Shown here: positions 1 to 14,316 of the stretch, in pieces
Layout of the letters: each line of letters begins with the position of its first letter
How positions within the stretch are numbered: position 1 is the first letter of the stretch
NCBI GenBank assembly: GCA_951406725.2
Contig: OX597826.1
Coordinates: forward strand, 73,284,001 to 73,348,000
Length of the DNA: 64,000 nucleotides
Source: Octopus vulgaris
Taxonomy: Eukaryota
Direction of reading: 5' to 3'
The notes under the pieces: generated by a model
The model's input: only the letters and a program-made list of their open reading frames with translations
What the model was told of the DNA's origin: nothing
The model's database searches: none
Translations under genes and position numbers: made by a program

Positions 1-205
1 GCATTAAAAATGGGAAGAAATGATGGTAAATTTTTTTTTTAAATCGTAGACTCATCGTAGACGCGCGCTAATACCCAGAAGGGCTCGATATGAATCACGA
101 CTATAAGATACCCTCTTTTGATTAAACTGCACCGCAAAATGTGGGAGTAGTTAGGAATCTAAATCGTAGGAGACAGACACACAACTTCACATTTATATAT
201 AAAGA
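1..205 (-). mobile_element. Helitron-like non-autonomous element, 5' end (truncated by window edge)
   Basis: Reverse strand begins A|TCTTTATATATAAAT followed by GTGTGTCTGTCT, typical of the TC 5' terminus of non-autonomous Helitrons; 3' CTAG end not in window. Confidence 0.45.
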
Positions 206-263
206 TTTTCTAGATGGTGTAATTTAATTGTTCATTTTGAATTGATAAAAGGTGTTTTTTCTA

Positions 264-313
<50 letters not shown>

Positions 314-879
314 CACCATATATTATGCACACATACACACTACATTCATGAGCTCAGTACACATACCTACACAATGCATATATACAAATTACACAAGCAC
401 TACACTTTGTATAATGTAGACTCATATGCATCACACATGTATTCATCTAGATGCGCATTATACATGTATATACAAACATGTATGCACATACGCAACATAC
501 ATTTACACAAGACGTACATAAACACTTTACTTGGAGTTACATATTACTTAAACCTACGACATACACAGATTTATACCCATACATGCAGTACACTTTTGGT
601 ATACATACTACATGCACACGAACAATGTACACACATACAGAAACACTGCACACGTGCACCACATACACATACACACATATACATACACATTAACTCACTT
701 TCTGCATTTCTTCTCTGAGAAATGTCCCAGTCCGAAACGTTAGTTGTAGCGTACATGTTTGTTGTATAATGGTGTATATGCGTATATTCTGGTACATACT
801 GATACAATCTGATACATATCGATCCATACTAGTATTTACTAATCTAAGCTCATATATTATTTGCACTGATATACACTGG

Positions 880-1305
880 AACGTAGAATTTCTGAGTCCA
901 AATCCATCCGATTCAACTTTGATTTTCATCCCTCCTTAGTTGATAGAACGTAGAATTCAGAAAGCATAGAATCGAAAGAGAAATACCACAAGGCATTTCA
1001 ACTAACACTGTAACAGTTCTGCAATAACCACGACCCTGAACTGCTATGCTATTTTATCGATCCCGAAAGGATGAAAGGCAAGGTTGGCTTTGACAGGTTC
1101 CAAATCAGAACGCAATGAGCCAGAACAAATACCGAAAAGCAATTTGTTCTACGCTCCAACGGCTCTACCAGTTCGTTGATGAAAAAGCCTTGAAATGCAC
1201 CCATACCATTTGATTTTATCGGCCACATTACTTGATTGATATCTCATTCTATCAACCACGGAGGGATGAAAATCAAAGTTGAATCGGAGGGATTTGGACT
1301 CCGAA
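880..1305. mobile_element. Cluster of decayed SINE family B fragments
   Basis: Degenerate matches to the intact copy at 63393-63619, e.g. ttttatcgatcccgaaaggatgaaaggcaaggttggc at 1052-1088; fragments in both orientations. Confidence 0.7.
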
Positions 1306-1441
1306 AATAATATGTATCTAAATACAAGTTGTTTTAGCCGACACGTTTCTGTACCCTGTTTCACAAATATACATACTGATACGCATTAGTATATGCTGCT
1401 ATACACTGACTTATACAGTGTATATACATATTGATATACAG

Positions 1442-1503
<62 letters not shown>

Positions 1504-1504
1504 G

Positions 1505-1775
1505 TCAATCCCAAAATGAACAAGCAAGAAAAAACAACAACGCGAGGACGTGGTACAATTACTGTGTTATTGGACGCTCAGGAAGAGGAAAGAAAGAGGA
1601 TTTCACGTTTCGAGCGGAGCTCTTCATCAGAAATGTAGAAAAAGTCCAAAGAAGGGAAGACGGAGAAAGAAAATCGCCAACGATACACACGCGGTCACAT
1701 ATTGAAATGATCGGAAGTGAAGAAAAAGTTCTTTCTAAGACAGGAGAGTACAAGAGAAGGAGGTACGTGTGAGTA
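1505..1775 (-). mobile_element. Short PLE-associated element carrying a hammerhead-like motif (1600-1634)
   Basis: Reverse complement reads ATTT-CTGATGA-A-GAGC-tcc-GCTC-GAAA-CG-TG-AAAT; element abuts a (TA)n tract; G at cleavage position suggests inactive. Confidence 0.6.
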
Positions 1776-2047
1776 TGTGTGAGTATGTGCGTGCGCACAG
1801 GTCTGTGTGTGTGTGTAAGGATATATAAATGTATATCGATTCGATCATGGGGCGGTTCCTTCCCCTGTCAGCACATGTGCATACATTTGCGCTCTTCCTA
1901 CACTAAAAGGAGTATTTTACTTCTATACCTAGCAATGAAGGTGTCTCAGCACCCTTAGTCACATTTAGTGCCGATTGAATTTTTTCTTTACGGTATTATA
2001 TTGCATCTAGTTGTTTACACACACACACATATATATATATATATACA

Positions 2048-2129
<82 letters not shown>

Positions 2130-2462
2130 CATATATATATGTATACATACATAAAAACAGAAGACTGGAAAAAATTTGATAACATTCCCCATTACATTTG
2201 TTTCATTACCTAATATGAGTTACACTGATATACTTGTAGTAAAACACGTAAGACATTTCCGATAATGGTTTAACAGGCCGAGATCACGAAGTTACTCTCA
2301 ATAATATTCTTGTTTATGAAGAATAAATTTGTACTCCACAACAGTATAGAGTAACTCACTAGATTACTGAAAAACTGTAACTATTATAATTGACCATAAA
2401 AAGAAACATTAATATGTGTGTGTGTGTATGTGATGTGTGTATACATACATACACATATATGT

Positions 2463-2532
<70 letters not shown>

Positions 2533-2534
2533 GC

Positions 2535-2802
2535 TTACGACGACGAGAGTTCCAGCTGATCCGATCAATGAAATAGCTTACTCGGGAGATTAACGTGCAA
2601 GTGGCTGAGCACGTCACAGAAACGCGTAACATTTCACATACTTCTCAAGGAGATTCAGCGTGACACAGAATGTGACAAGGTTGGTCCCTTGAAATACAGG
2701 TGGATTAGAGTAACGTAAAATAAAGTATCTTGCTCAATGACACAATGCGCCGCTGGAAATCGAACTCGCGAGCCGAATACACTAGCCACTAAGCCACGCG
2801 CC
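2535..2802 (-). mobile_element. tRNA-derived SINE family C
   Basis: Reverse strand starts ggcgcgtggcttagtgg (A-box-like) with gttcgattt B-box-like motif; similar to 35940-36197, 52095-52370, 61245-61465. Confidence 0.75.
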
Positions 2803-2816
2803 ACACACACGTGCGC

Positions 2817-2857
<41 letters not shown>

Positions 2858-2890
2858 CACACATATATATATATATATACATACATTTAT

Positions 2891-2976
<86 letters not shown>

Positions 2977-3069
2977 TTATATATATGAAACTGTTAATAG
3001 AAACAAGGGAGATAGTACCAAATGCATAAAGCAGACTTAAGTAAAATAATAATAACAATAGAAGAGCTA

Positions 3070-3177
3070 CATTTTTAACAGTTGTTACTCTGAGTTTCGC
3101 ATTGCTGCATTTTAATACATGTCACTCGTTGTTTTGAAAAGTGGTAACGCGAAACACGGAGTGAACAACTATTGAAA
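3070..3177. mobile_element. Decayed inverted-repeat element with hammerhead-like motif (3128-3169, +)
   Basis: Imperfect arms cagttgttactctgagtttcgc / gcgaaacacggagtgaacaact; + strand GTTGTT-TTGAAAA-stem-GAAA-CACGGAG-TG-AACAAC. Confidence 0.5.
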
Positions 3178-3217
3178 CTCCAATTCCTTCATCATCGCTG
3201 TTATTCTATTTTTCTAT

Positions 3218-3293
<76 letters not shown>

Positions 3294-4875
3294 TGTGTAT
3301 GTGTATACTGTTATACATGGGGATGGTCTTCTTTTGTCAATTAATTTCATACACACACACACATACACACGCATGTGTATTACATGAAAGTTCATTTATT
3401 AAGAAATACAAACCACTGCTGAACAGGTTATAAAAAAACGTCCAGCAATCCACGATTCTCCTTTTCCTATGAATTAATTGTTGTAGAATGTCTACTTAAG
3501 CTCGTTCTTAAGAAACCCAAAATTCATGTAGCAAGTATGATCTATCTTATTTACACCACACCTCATTATCATACTTACGCCATACCATAATTATTGTAGA
3601 GTGTCTACTTGGATATTTTGGGGAAGTCCACCACAGAGACACCCAACAGTAAAACGAAAAGTGTGCTAAGTTTTGTCCTGGTGAGTTTATATTAAATGTC
3701 ACTATCCATACCCATGTGAATCATACATCAATTCCATTGTTATTTAATATTGCTATCGACCCAGGAGAAAAATATCTAATAAGATATACTCACCCAACTT
3801 ATCATGCTGTTATGCCGAGATTCCCGATTACAGCGCGAAGCAATCTCCAAGATTTGGTTCCCAGAAAGTTTCAAATTAATTGGTGCGATTAAACAATACA
3901 GAAATAATCACCTCCAGGCTGTGGAGAATTACACGAGTGTTTGAAAGAACCGCCATCCAAACCTCATCCTTACATCTGGTCTCATTAAAGATTAAAACCT
4001 ATCAAAAGTATTCCATTGTTTTCTTAAGCCTTTTGTTACCACATTTCTGTTGAAACAACCAGACGTTGTTTCAATTAATTTGGAAGATAATGAAGAATTT
4101 GCTAAAATAACATCCACATTGATGTGTCAGTCTCGCACGATTGCCACTTGAGCGTAATACATGAACGTTGACCAATCAATTTGTACATTTGCAGACAGCG
4201 TTCTAAGCCACATTTCTACTTTAAAGACAAACTATTTTTTTATAACAACGGTCAGAACAGATATAATTTGAGACACAACCCCATACATTAAACACTTTTA
4301 AAAATCTGCTGTAAAACCGGTCAAGTGTATTCCTTTATTTTAAAATGCAATTAAATTCTGATTTATTCTAATTTATTCTGGATGATTTTCAACTTCATTT
4401 CTTCTTCTCTTCTTCCACTTGTTCGATAGTTTTTATTTTATAGAGATGTACTCTCATAGCAAGTAATTTGATCTGAGATCGTGTGCTGAAACGAAAACAA
4501 TTGCAGCGTGGAAGGTGTTTATAAGCCATTTAAGAAACACACAAAAGCCGTTCGATTCACTTCAACATTTAAGTTTAATTTGTCAAAATATTTTCGTCGC
4601 TAAAATCCGCGGCCTGTTCACAGACAAATGCATACATATATACATGCCCGTGTATATCAATAGACATACACGATATGCTTAACGTGTGTACATATATAGC
4701 TATAGATGGATATGTATGCATATATATTTTGTGTGTGTGTGTATGTGTTTGTGCTTCTATCAATTCATACATGCCATGGTGTACACTGTTATGCAAATTA
4801 GACACACCAATTTCGTGCAGACCCTATTCGTCTATACTTTAAATAGGTATCATATAAAAAAAGATATATAATATT

Positions 4876-5060
4876 TTCTACTCTAGGCACGAGGTCCGGA
4901 ATATTGGGGGAGGAGGCTAGTCGATTAGATCGACCTCAGTACGCAACTGGTACTTAATTTATCGAGCCTGAAAGGCAAAGTTGACCACGGTGGAACGTAA
5001 TAACAGACGACATACCGGTATTGCGCCCGGCATGCTAACGTTTCTGCCGGCTCGCCGCCT
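4876..5060 (-). mobile_element. tRNA-derived SINE family B
   Basis: Shares cagtacgcaactggtacttaatttatcg...gctaacgtttctgccggctcgccgcc with copies at 36281 and 63393. Confidence 0.8.
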
Positions 5061-6677
5061 TATAAAAAAATGTATAACGTATTATATATAATATCTTCTC
5101 TGTGGACAGGAATGAGCAACCGATTACTGATGCGATATTAATAAATGCTGAAACTAGTCAGACCAATATCTTTTCTGGTCACAGACAGAAAATACCGTGA
5201 TTTATGTACGTACCGACTTTTTGCAGAGAGGACTTAATGTATGTTTATTTATACAAAAATCTCACCCACGGAATTTTACCTTGCATTTCTAAATCTCTTA
5301 ACGCTGTGAAATGTTTCTAGTAATGTGTGTGTGTGTGTGTGTGTGTTGTGTGGGTGTGATGTGTGTGTGTGTGTGTGTTTGTGTGTGTAGAGAGATAGAT
5401 ATATAGAGAGACAGAGATGGTGAGTGAGAGAAACATTACACAGCGATAACCAGAAGTGTAAGTTAATATGCACGAGATTATATATATATATATATATAGG
5501 TATGTGTGAGTGTGTATACATATACATATGTATAGATGTATGAATATATATATATATATATATGTATAACAAATGCACCAACATATATGCATATAATATC
5601 TCTCTATATATATATGTATACATGATATATACATATATAACATATACATATATATAGTTATATGTATATGTGTATATATATATGTATATATATGCGTGTA
5701 TATATAAATATATATTAATATAGAGTGATCCCTTAGATTTTACTTATCCCCTCAATTATCACATACACCAACCTACACACATACACACACATATATATTT
5801 ATATACATACATACATAAATCTATGTATGCATACACAAACGTATGTATACACATTTGTGTATGTGTAGGTGTGAAAATAACAGCACCCACACACACCCAC
5901 ACCCACCCACACCCCCTCACACACGCACACACATATTTACAAAGACTGAGACAGATAGAGAGAGAGAGAGAAAGAGAGAAGGGAAAAGAGTAAGACACCT
6001 CTACACTCATTTATGCACACACACACACACACACACACACACCTGACAGGCCTTCATATTCTGACATTCCATCACATATATCCACCACCACCACCACCAC
6101 CACCACCACCACCACCACCACCGTTGCTACCACTACGACTACCACCTCCATCCCCACTACCACCATAGCCACCACCACCACCACCCCCACCACCACCGCC
6201 GCCGCCGCTCACGCAATTGCCTACTCTCACCTCTCCTCTCACCCCTACTTACATATTTACATATTTATTATTGACTTAATATCTAATATTTATTTTTTTT
6301 TTTTTTCAAACCTTATTTTTTTGTGTTTGTTTTATATTTCTTTACGATTTCTTTAATATGTATTAGTTGCTTCTTTAAAATTTGCTTAATATATATTTCT
6401 TTCTTTATTGTCCTCTTTTCTCTGCCTATCTCTTTCCCCTCCCCTCCTTCCCTCCTTCCTCACTTTCTCTCTCTCTCTCTCTCTTTCTTTCTCTCTCACT
6501 TTATGTCCGTCTTTCTATCTTTATATTTCTTCCATCACTCCTCTTCTCTTTCTCTCCTCAGTCTGTCTGTCACTCTCTGTTTCTCTCTGTCTATCTCTCT
6601 ATCTATCCATCCATCTCCTTCTGTCTTTCCATCCTTCTCTTTATCCCTATTTATCCTTCTTCTCTAAAACATGCCTG

Positions 6678-6768
<91 letters not shown>

Positions 6769-6978
6769 GTCTGTCTGTCTGTCTGTCTGTCTGTATGTAT
6801 GTATGTATGTCTATCTATCTATCTATCTATCTACCTATCTGTCTGTCTGTCTGTCTGTCTCCCTCTCTCTCTCTCTGTCTCTCTCTTTCTATCTATCAAT
6901 CTATCTATTATATATATGTGTATATATATATATATATATATGTGTATATATGTGTGTGTGTGTGTGTGTGTGACTAAT

Positions 6979-7079
<101 letters not shown>

Positions 7080-7084
7080 ACTAA

Positions 7085-7117
<33 letters not shown>

Positions 7118-7730
7118 CTATTATATATATGTGTATATATATATATATATGTGTGTGTGTAACTAATTGTCTATCTATCTATATATTACCTATCTACTGT
7201 TGCAGTCTAACATTTTTTTTTATGTATTGTTTATTTAGATAAGTTTGTTTAACAAAAGCAACAACTACAACAACAACAACAACAACAACAACGTCGACAT
7301 GATAAAAAAAACAAGCAAATACATGAACAACAATATCTATAATAACACTAACAACAACAACAACAACAACAGCTATAAGAGCATCAGCAACGACATCACC
7401 AACAAGAACATCAAACGCATAAACCACCACCACCACCATCACCACCACAACAACAACAACATCAGCTCCCTCCCACTTCACCCATCTCACGCACCTTACC
7501 TCTATTGGAATTCTCCTTCATATTTCATCTTTTTCATGTTTTTATCAATAAATTACTAAGCGAGTTTCAGACACCCACCCCCTCTCACCTCTGCATCACA
7601 CCCTACCAACTCAACCTTCATTATATACGCACTCCCCCCCACACACACACACCTCCGTCTTATACAAACACACACACTTACATATACGCATATACACTTA
7701 GACCATCACATACATATGTACCCTTATATA

Positions 7731-7776
<46 letters not shown>

Positions 7777-7833
7777 CGCATAGACATACACACATATACA
7801 ATTCAGGCCATCACATACATATGTACCCTTATA

Positions 7834-7882
<49 letters not shown>

Positions 7883-8189
7883 GCACACATACACACACAT
7901 GTATGTATGTATGTATGTATATACACATCCACACATAAACCTTTACATACGCACATATGTACACACCTTCACGGTCATGCACACATACACATGTACACAA
8001 ACACATACGCACATACATACCTCCACACTCATACACATTCACACTCACACGCACACATACTCGTGCACACATTCATGCACACACTCTCCCACATTCATAT
8101 GCATGCACACACACACGCACACACACATACAGATACATGCACAGGCACACACACACATAAATATTACCGCTGCCACAACCTGCACTCAA

Positions 8190-8816
8190 CAGCATCACTG
8201 CCATATTCCATTAAACCCACCACCACCGCGGCCACCGCCCCCAACATCGCCATCACCACCACGACCACTACCACCATCACCACCACCACCTCCACCACCG
8301 CCACCAACCATATATCAAACACAGCCACTACTACTATGTATCGCCACCACCGCCAACATCCCTGTTACACATCGCCACCACCACCACCACCATCACCCAC
8401 CACCACCACCACTATCACATACCACAAGAAAATTGCCATCAGCGATGTCTCATCTAACAACCTCCTACACCGTGAAACATCACCACCACCACCACCACCA
8501 CCATCACTTCCAGCGAGGTGTATAGACGGAAGGAAGACAACAGATAACGTGTCTCTACTTTCACTTTCGCTTTCCCGCCTTTTTCTCTTTCACTTTGTCT
8601 CTTTTCCTTATAGTCTCTTTACTTCACCCTCCTCCTCTCTCTCTTTCATTTGTATTTGAAGTCTCGCTGTCTATATCTGTCTGTCTGTCTGTGTGTCTGT
8701 CTGTCTGTTTGGTGTCTTCCTTCTGTCTCCCTGTCAACTCTGTATATCTCTCTTTCTGTCTCACTCAATTTCGAAGCACCTTCGACTTCCCCTTACACAC
8801 AAACACACGCAAGCAT

Positions 8817-8888
<72 letters not shown>

Positions 8889-10145
8889 ACCGTAGCTTTT
8901 TTTTTACGTCTCACCCACCCTCCACTTGGCGATATCTGCGATCTAACGATATCCACTCTCTCACCAAGCAACAGCAACAGCAATATCTATAAAGCAACAT
9001 TTGCAGCAGCAGCAGCAGCAACACCATAACAACACCATAACAGCAACAACAGCAACAACGACATCAATAGTAGCAGTCGACAACAACAACAGTCAGTCAC
9101 CGCCGCCATTTTTCTTCTTCTTCTTCTTCTTCTTCTTCTTTATCCTCATCTCCTCTCACCACAACCACCACCACCATCACCATTACCATTACCTGCTTCC
9201 TTACTCTGCTTCGGCTACCATCATCGTCACCCCTGCCACCATCATCACAACCATCACCATCACCACCACCATCATCTCCACCACCACCATCACCATCACC
9301 ACCATCATCACCACCAGCACCATCACCATCACCACCACCACCACCATCACCATCACCACCACCATCATCACCACCACCATCACCATCACCACCATCATCA
9401 TCACCATCACCATCACCACCACCACCACCACCATCATCATCACCACCACCATCACTATCAACCAACACCACCACCACCACCACCATCACTAATTACATCA
9501 CTCACCACCAACACCAACACCATGCAGCCACCACCATTAACTACAACACAACTACAACACCACTACAGCACCACCACCACCAGCACAGCAATTACGCCAC
9601 TACGGCTGTACCGCCGCAACCAATACCACAACTAACACCAACACATCACCACTTCACAACCACCTTCGCTGTCACAACCACTACTATCAACAACCGCCCC
9701 CACTACAACATCACGACTACTATTACCAACACCACAGCACAACTGCTCCGCCGCTGTCACCACCACCACTGCCGCCGCCACTGTATTCACAAGTGAATTC
9801 CCCACCACCGCCTCTAACATCACCACCACCATCAACACCATTAACAACAATCATCTTTGCAGCACTACTACCATATCACCACCACCATCACCACCACCAC
9901 TACCGCTAGCACCATCACAATCACCACCACCACCACCAGCAACAGCATCAACAACAACCACTACAATATTCGCCGCGGCCACCATCATAGCCATTACTGC
10001 CAAAATCCCCACCATTTCACCAATACCGCCAACGCCACCACCACCACCACCATCACCATCACAACACAGCTGCCATCATCCACATCATCACTATCATCAC
10101 CACCACCACCACCTCCACCGTCACCGTCACCGCCGCCGCCTCCAT
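8190..10145. repeat. Compound (CAC/CAT/CAA)n trinucleotide low-complexity region
   Basis: Long imperfect CAC/CAT runs with an embedded (CA)n; produces spurious His/Thr/Pro ORFs. Confidence 0.9.
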
Positions 10146-11889
10146 CAACTTAGAGTTTACTACACTATCACTACTACCCAAAACATCCACCTTCGTAGGG
10201 ATGATCCTATCACAGCAGTTCAAGACGTAGTTTCATTCACATTACGGAAACATTCCACACAAGACAAAGCCAGCATCGCATTTGTAGAGCCAAGCATGGA
10301 GAGTGTGAGAGAGTCTGCTAGCGCCATTCGTTGATGTAGGGCAACACGTCACTGACAACCTGGCACAACGCTGTCACAAGGCACACACCACCACCACGAC
10401 CGCCACGACCACGACCACCACGACGCGGACGAGGACAAGAAGGACGGCGACAAACAGGAGGACACTTGCTTTACAGGTTTTTTTTTTTCCGTTTGGCTAT
10501 TTTGAATTTTTTTTTTTTTGTTTGTCTTTTCCTCTTACCAGATACTCGGCCAATTTCTTATACTTAAAATACTCTCCTGAAGCCAAACTCGGAATAAGAC
10601 AATAATAAGAATAACAACAACAACAATAATAATAATAATAACAATACCGTTATTAAATAAGGAAGCAAAAAAAAAAATTAAGAAAAAAAAGTGAAAGTGA
10701 AAGTAGAATGAAAAAGTAAAATTGAGAGGTGAGATCGAATACTGGTGGAGGAAGTGGTCTTCAGATACAAATATACACACACACGCGCAAGCATACACAC
10801 ACACATGTATATGATATAATATATATATATATATATACACACACATATATATATATATATATTTATATATAATAGAATATAAATATATTTATAAATATGT
10901 GCATTAATAAATATTTATAATATATATATATATATATACTTTTACATCTATATATATATGCATATATATAGCCCGTGCACAAATATAAGCGTACAAAAGT
11001 ATATACATAGACACACATATATTTATATAATGAAACACGTGTTCGTATATGTCAATTCCAAAAAAATATACGCTTGAATTTTGCATGTGGGATCCAGAGA
11101 CGAGTCGATTTTAATCTCGTTCCACGCTATTTTCACCATCACACACGAAAAGCCGCTCTCCGCTCCGCTCCCACCTGAAGACCCGCACCCACACATAACG
11201 TGCACTTCTACTCCCACACATAGGCACATACGCATGTGGCGTGTAGTGGGTTAGCAAACAGGTTGTGCTGAACTATTTAAACGTGATCGCGGCTGTATAA
11301 AATAAATATCGCATATCACGTGTTCATACGACACCACGTAACTATGTTTATATACACCAGATGCATATATATAATATAATGCGTGTATATTTATACGAGA
11401 CGTGAAGTAAATGAAAATATTATTGAAGTATCTATATATATGCATAAATAGTAGCACGTCTTGTGTATAAACGACGACCCTGACATATATACATGTATAT
11501 ATATACCTATGTTTCCGTGTCTGCTGCTGTGAGTGTACATTGTATATGTGTTTAGAGATGTACTTAAGTAAATGACTATATCTAGACAGAATACGCGTCT
11601 TTTGTTGCGTGTTCAACTGATCAGCAAGTGTCTTTTGGATCCATTTCCAGCCTCGTCTCTTCTCCATCCTCACCATCTTATTACCCAGCAGGCATTGCAC
11701 GGAGAACATTTCTGTTTACATATGCTGGCTTCATATTGAACATCTATCTATCTCTCTATCTCTCTATCAACCAACCTATCAATCTCTACTTCGTTCAATA
11801 CCACATATTTCGTCAGCTGAACCAGTCGTGATTTTGGACGTATCACAGATATCGCCACACTTCTGGTACCATAGATTTGCCACTCATGA

Positions 11890-13070
11890 TTTACCACGAT
11901 ATTATTACTAAAGCAGTTTCAAAGGAGCTTTTTTCTTTACCATAATATGGTCACCACGGTTATATCCTAATAATTTAAACCTTAACCCTAACTAACGAAC
12001 TAACTAACTACTACCACATCATTTCAAACGCAACAGTGTTGTTACCACAGGAATATTACCACTGGACTATCACTACTGGATTATTTACCACAGAATTGTT
12101 ACTTACTCTGCTGTTAACACGTTATTGCTACCTTACCTTTTTAACCAGATGTTCTGACTTTTTACCTCGACATCGCAAACACTATATGGTTATCTCCACA
12201 ATTCCACAACAGCCATAATATTCCATAATCAGTAACGTATTATTATCATATAGCAATTACACATTATTATTATTATTTTGCTAACTATTATAACACCACT
12301 ATTACCTATCGCCACATTATTTTACCAAATTAGCATTACCGCATTTCTGTTTATTACCACATCACCGCTATTAAAACAGCTTACTTTTGCAACAGTTCCG
12401 TTATAACTTCAGCACCGCTTTTACCACATCATTTCGTTTGCTTTTGCCACAGCATTGTTATTATCATACCCCTAACATAACCATATCACCGCTATAACCA
12501 ACACATCACCATTATTACCATACAACACTAGTATTACCTCAGCTTGCTTTTTTCTGCAATTCTGTTAAACCCTTAGCACTGCTATTACCATAGTTTGCTT
12601 TTACCACAGCACATTTATTTCCCCCCAAAAAAAACATCGCTGCTATTACCACACCGCTGCTATTTCCACTTCAGTTACCACAGCACTGTTATCCCCACAT
12701 CACAATTACCACACCATTGCTTTTTATCACAGCACTGCTATTACCATACTTCTATTACCACTTCAGTTGCCACAGTGCTTCTTTTTTACCACGCTGCTTT
12801 ACCAAATCACAGCTATTACCTCTATTTTTTGCTACTACCCCATCGCAGCTATTACCACATTTCTCTTTATTCTTAGCAAATCGCTGCCACTGACGCACCA
12901 GATAAAAAAGCATTGTTGTTACCAAATCACTGCTATTACCACATCAATGCAATTAATTATCACATTATTTTAATTATCACAGCTTTGCAATTGCCGCACC
13001 GCTGCGCTTGCCACCACAAAGCCCTTACCACAGCACTGCTATCACGCATCACAATTACCACTGCATTTCT
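11890..13070. repeat. Cryptic degenerate repeat of (GCT)ATTACCAC(A) units
   Basis: Many recurrences of attaccac / ctattacc / ttttaccac in the same orientation over about 1.2 kb. Confidence 0.7.
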
Positions 13071-13282
13071 TTCCCTTCATATCCCATAGTCTCTTTCCCG
13101 CTTTAACCTTCGTTGCACTCTCCACCTCTCTCTCTCTCTTCATATATATATATATACCCTAATCTCTCGTACTCTTCTGCCCTCTCTTCCACCCCTTTCT
13201 CTGCATCCCAACCGTCTCCTCCACCCGGCCATATAGATTACACATAAACAAAACCACACAGCTGTTTGTTTTGGCTGCTTAC

Positions 13283-13782
13283 CTTCATTCAATGCCAGTC
13301 ATTTAAAGTATGATTGCTCTGTTTCGGTAGTGGAGGTCACCATAGAAACGATGATATTAACGACAACTACAACTACAACAGCAGCAGCAACAACAACAAC
13401 AATAAAGAATGGTTCGGATCAGTAAACAGAGTTAATTTAAATCTCTTAATTGCCGCGTGCGTGCGTGCGTGTAAGCGTGTAAGCGTGTATTAGCGTATGA
13501 GAGTGTCTCTGTGCTTTCGCTATGCGGAGATATATGCCCGCGTACGGCAAAATATGTGTGTCACAAGTTGCGTATCTAGATACATGCATGCGTGTACATT
13601 AAAAGACTGTACGTAGATCTATGTGTGAGTGTACTCTACGGGATGTGTGCGTGTGGGTGTTTGTGTGATACAGCTTCGTGTGTAGTTATATGCGTGCATG
13701 CTAATGGCTGTCCATACGTATAGAAATAAGTGTGTGTGACCATTATAATTTGCATATCCAACCACTTATTTATCTACCTAAC

Positions 13783-13865
<83 letters not shown>

Positions 13866-14316
13866 TATATATATCATATATATTATATATATATGTATAT
13901 AATATATATAGACGGTTTCTGAGAACCTATGCCATTCCTTCTTTCTCTCCCTTTCTTCACGGTCTATGGTATAAAGGAATTCTATAAAAAAAAAAGAAGA
14001 ACTGCATAGCAACCGTGGGGCTACTTTCAAAAACACACCCTATTCAGGGATGCAGAAGCGCTACCTTTGGGGATAATTACCTATCTGTAGAATACATCGC
14101 ACATACCAGTTCTTCACACTGGATGTGTTTGATGACGTCATGTAGTGGGTCAAAGGTGATGAGGTCGAAGGTGATTTATGATTAGAACTTAAGGAATTTG
14201 TTTCGATGTTTATAAGAGTTTTAGAGAGAAGTGAACGACAGAAAACTCACAGGAGTATCGAAGGAGTATCAGTTAATTAATTCTAAAGGGGTCCCCCTAG
14301 CATAACACGCAGTTAC
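13283..14316 (-). other. Candidate divergent minus-strand spliced transcript (exons 14316-14081 and 13366-13283)
   Basis: Acceptor tttgcag at 14317, donor TAG|GTAATT at 14081/14080, acceptor ttgtag at 13367, strong donor AAG|GTAAGC at 13283/13282; unique sequence. No expression evidence. Confidence 0.3.
14133..14174 (+). promoter_or_regulatory. CRE plus tandem nuclear-receptor direct repeats (DR1-DR2-DR1)
   Basis: TGACGTCA at 14133-14140 then GGGTCA-a-AGGTGA-tg-AGGTCG-a-AGGTGA at 14147-14174. Confidence 0.55.

Noticed and set aside
9636-10334. Long + strand open frame ending ...VYYTITTTQNIHLRRDDPITAVQDVVSFTLRKHSTQDKASIAFVEPSMESVRESASAIR*
   Set aside because: No upstream ATG or convincing acceptor, CAC-rich sequence is naturally stop-poor, and no recognisable domain; more likely UTR or non-coding.
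10356-10476. Protein-like DADEDKKDGDKQEDTCFT frame ending at a phase-1 CAG|GT
   Set aside because: In-frame TGAs just upstream, no ATG, and a weak donor (GTTTTT).
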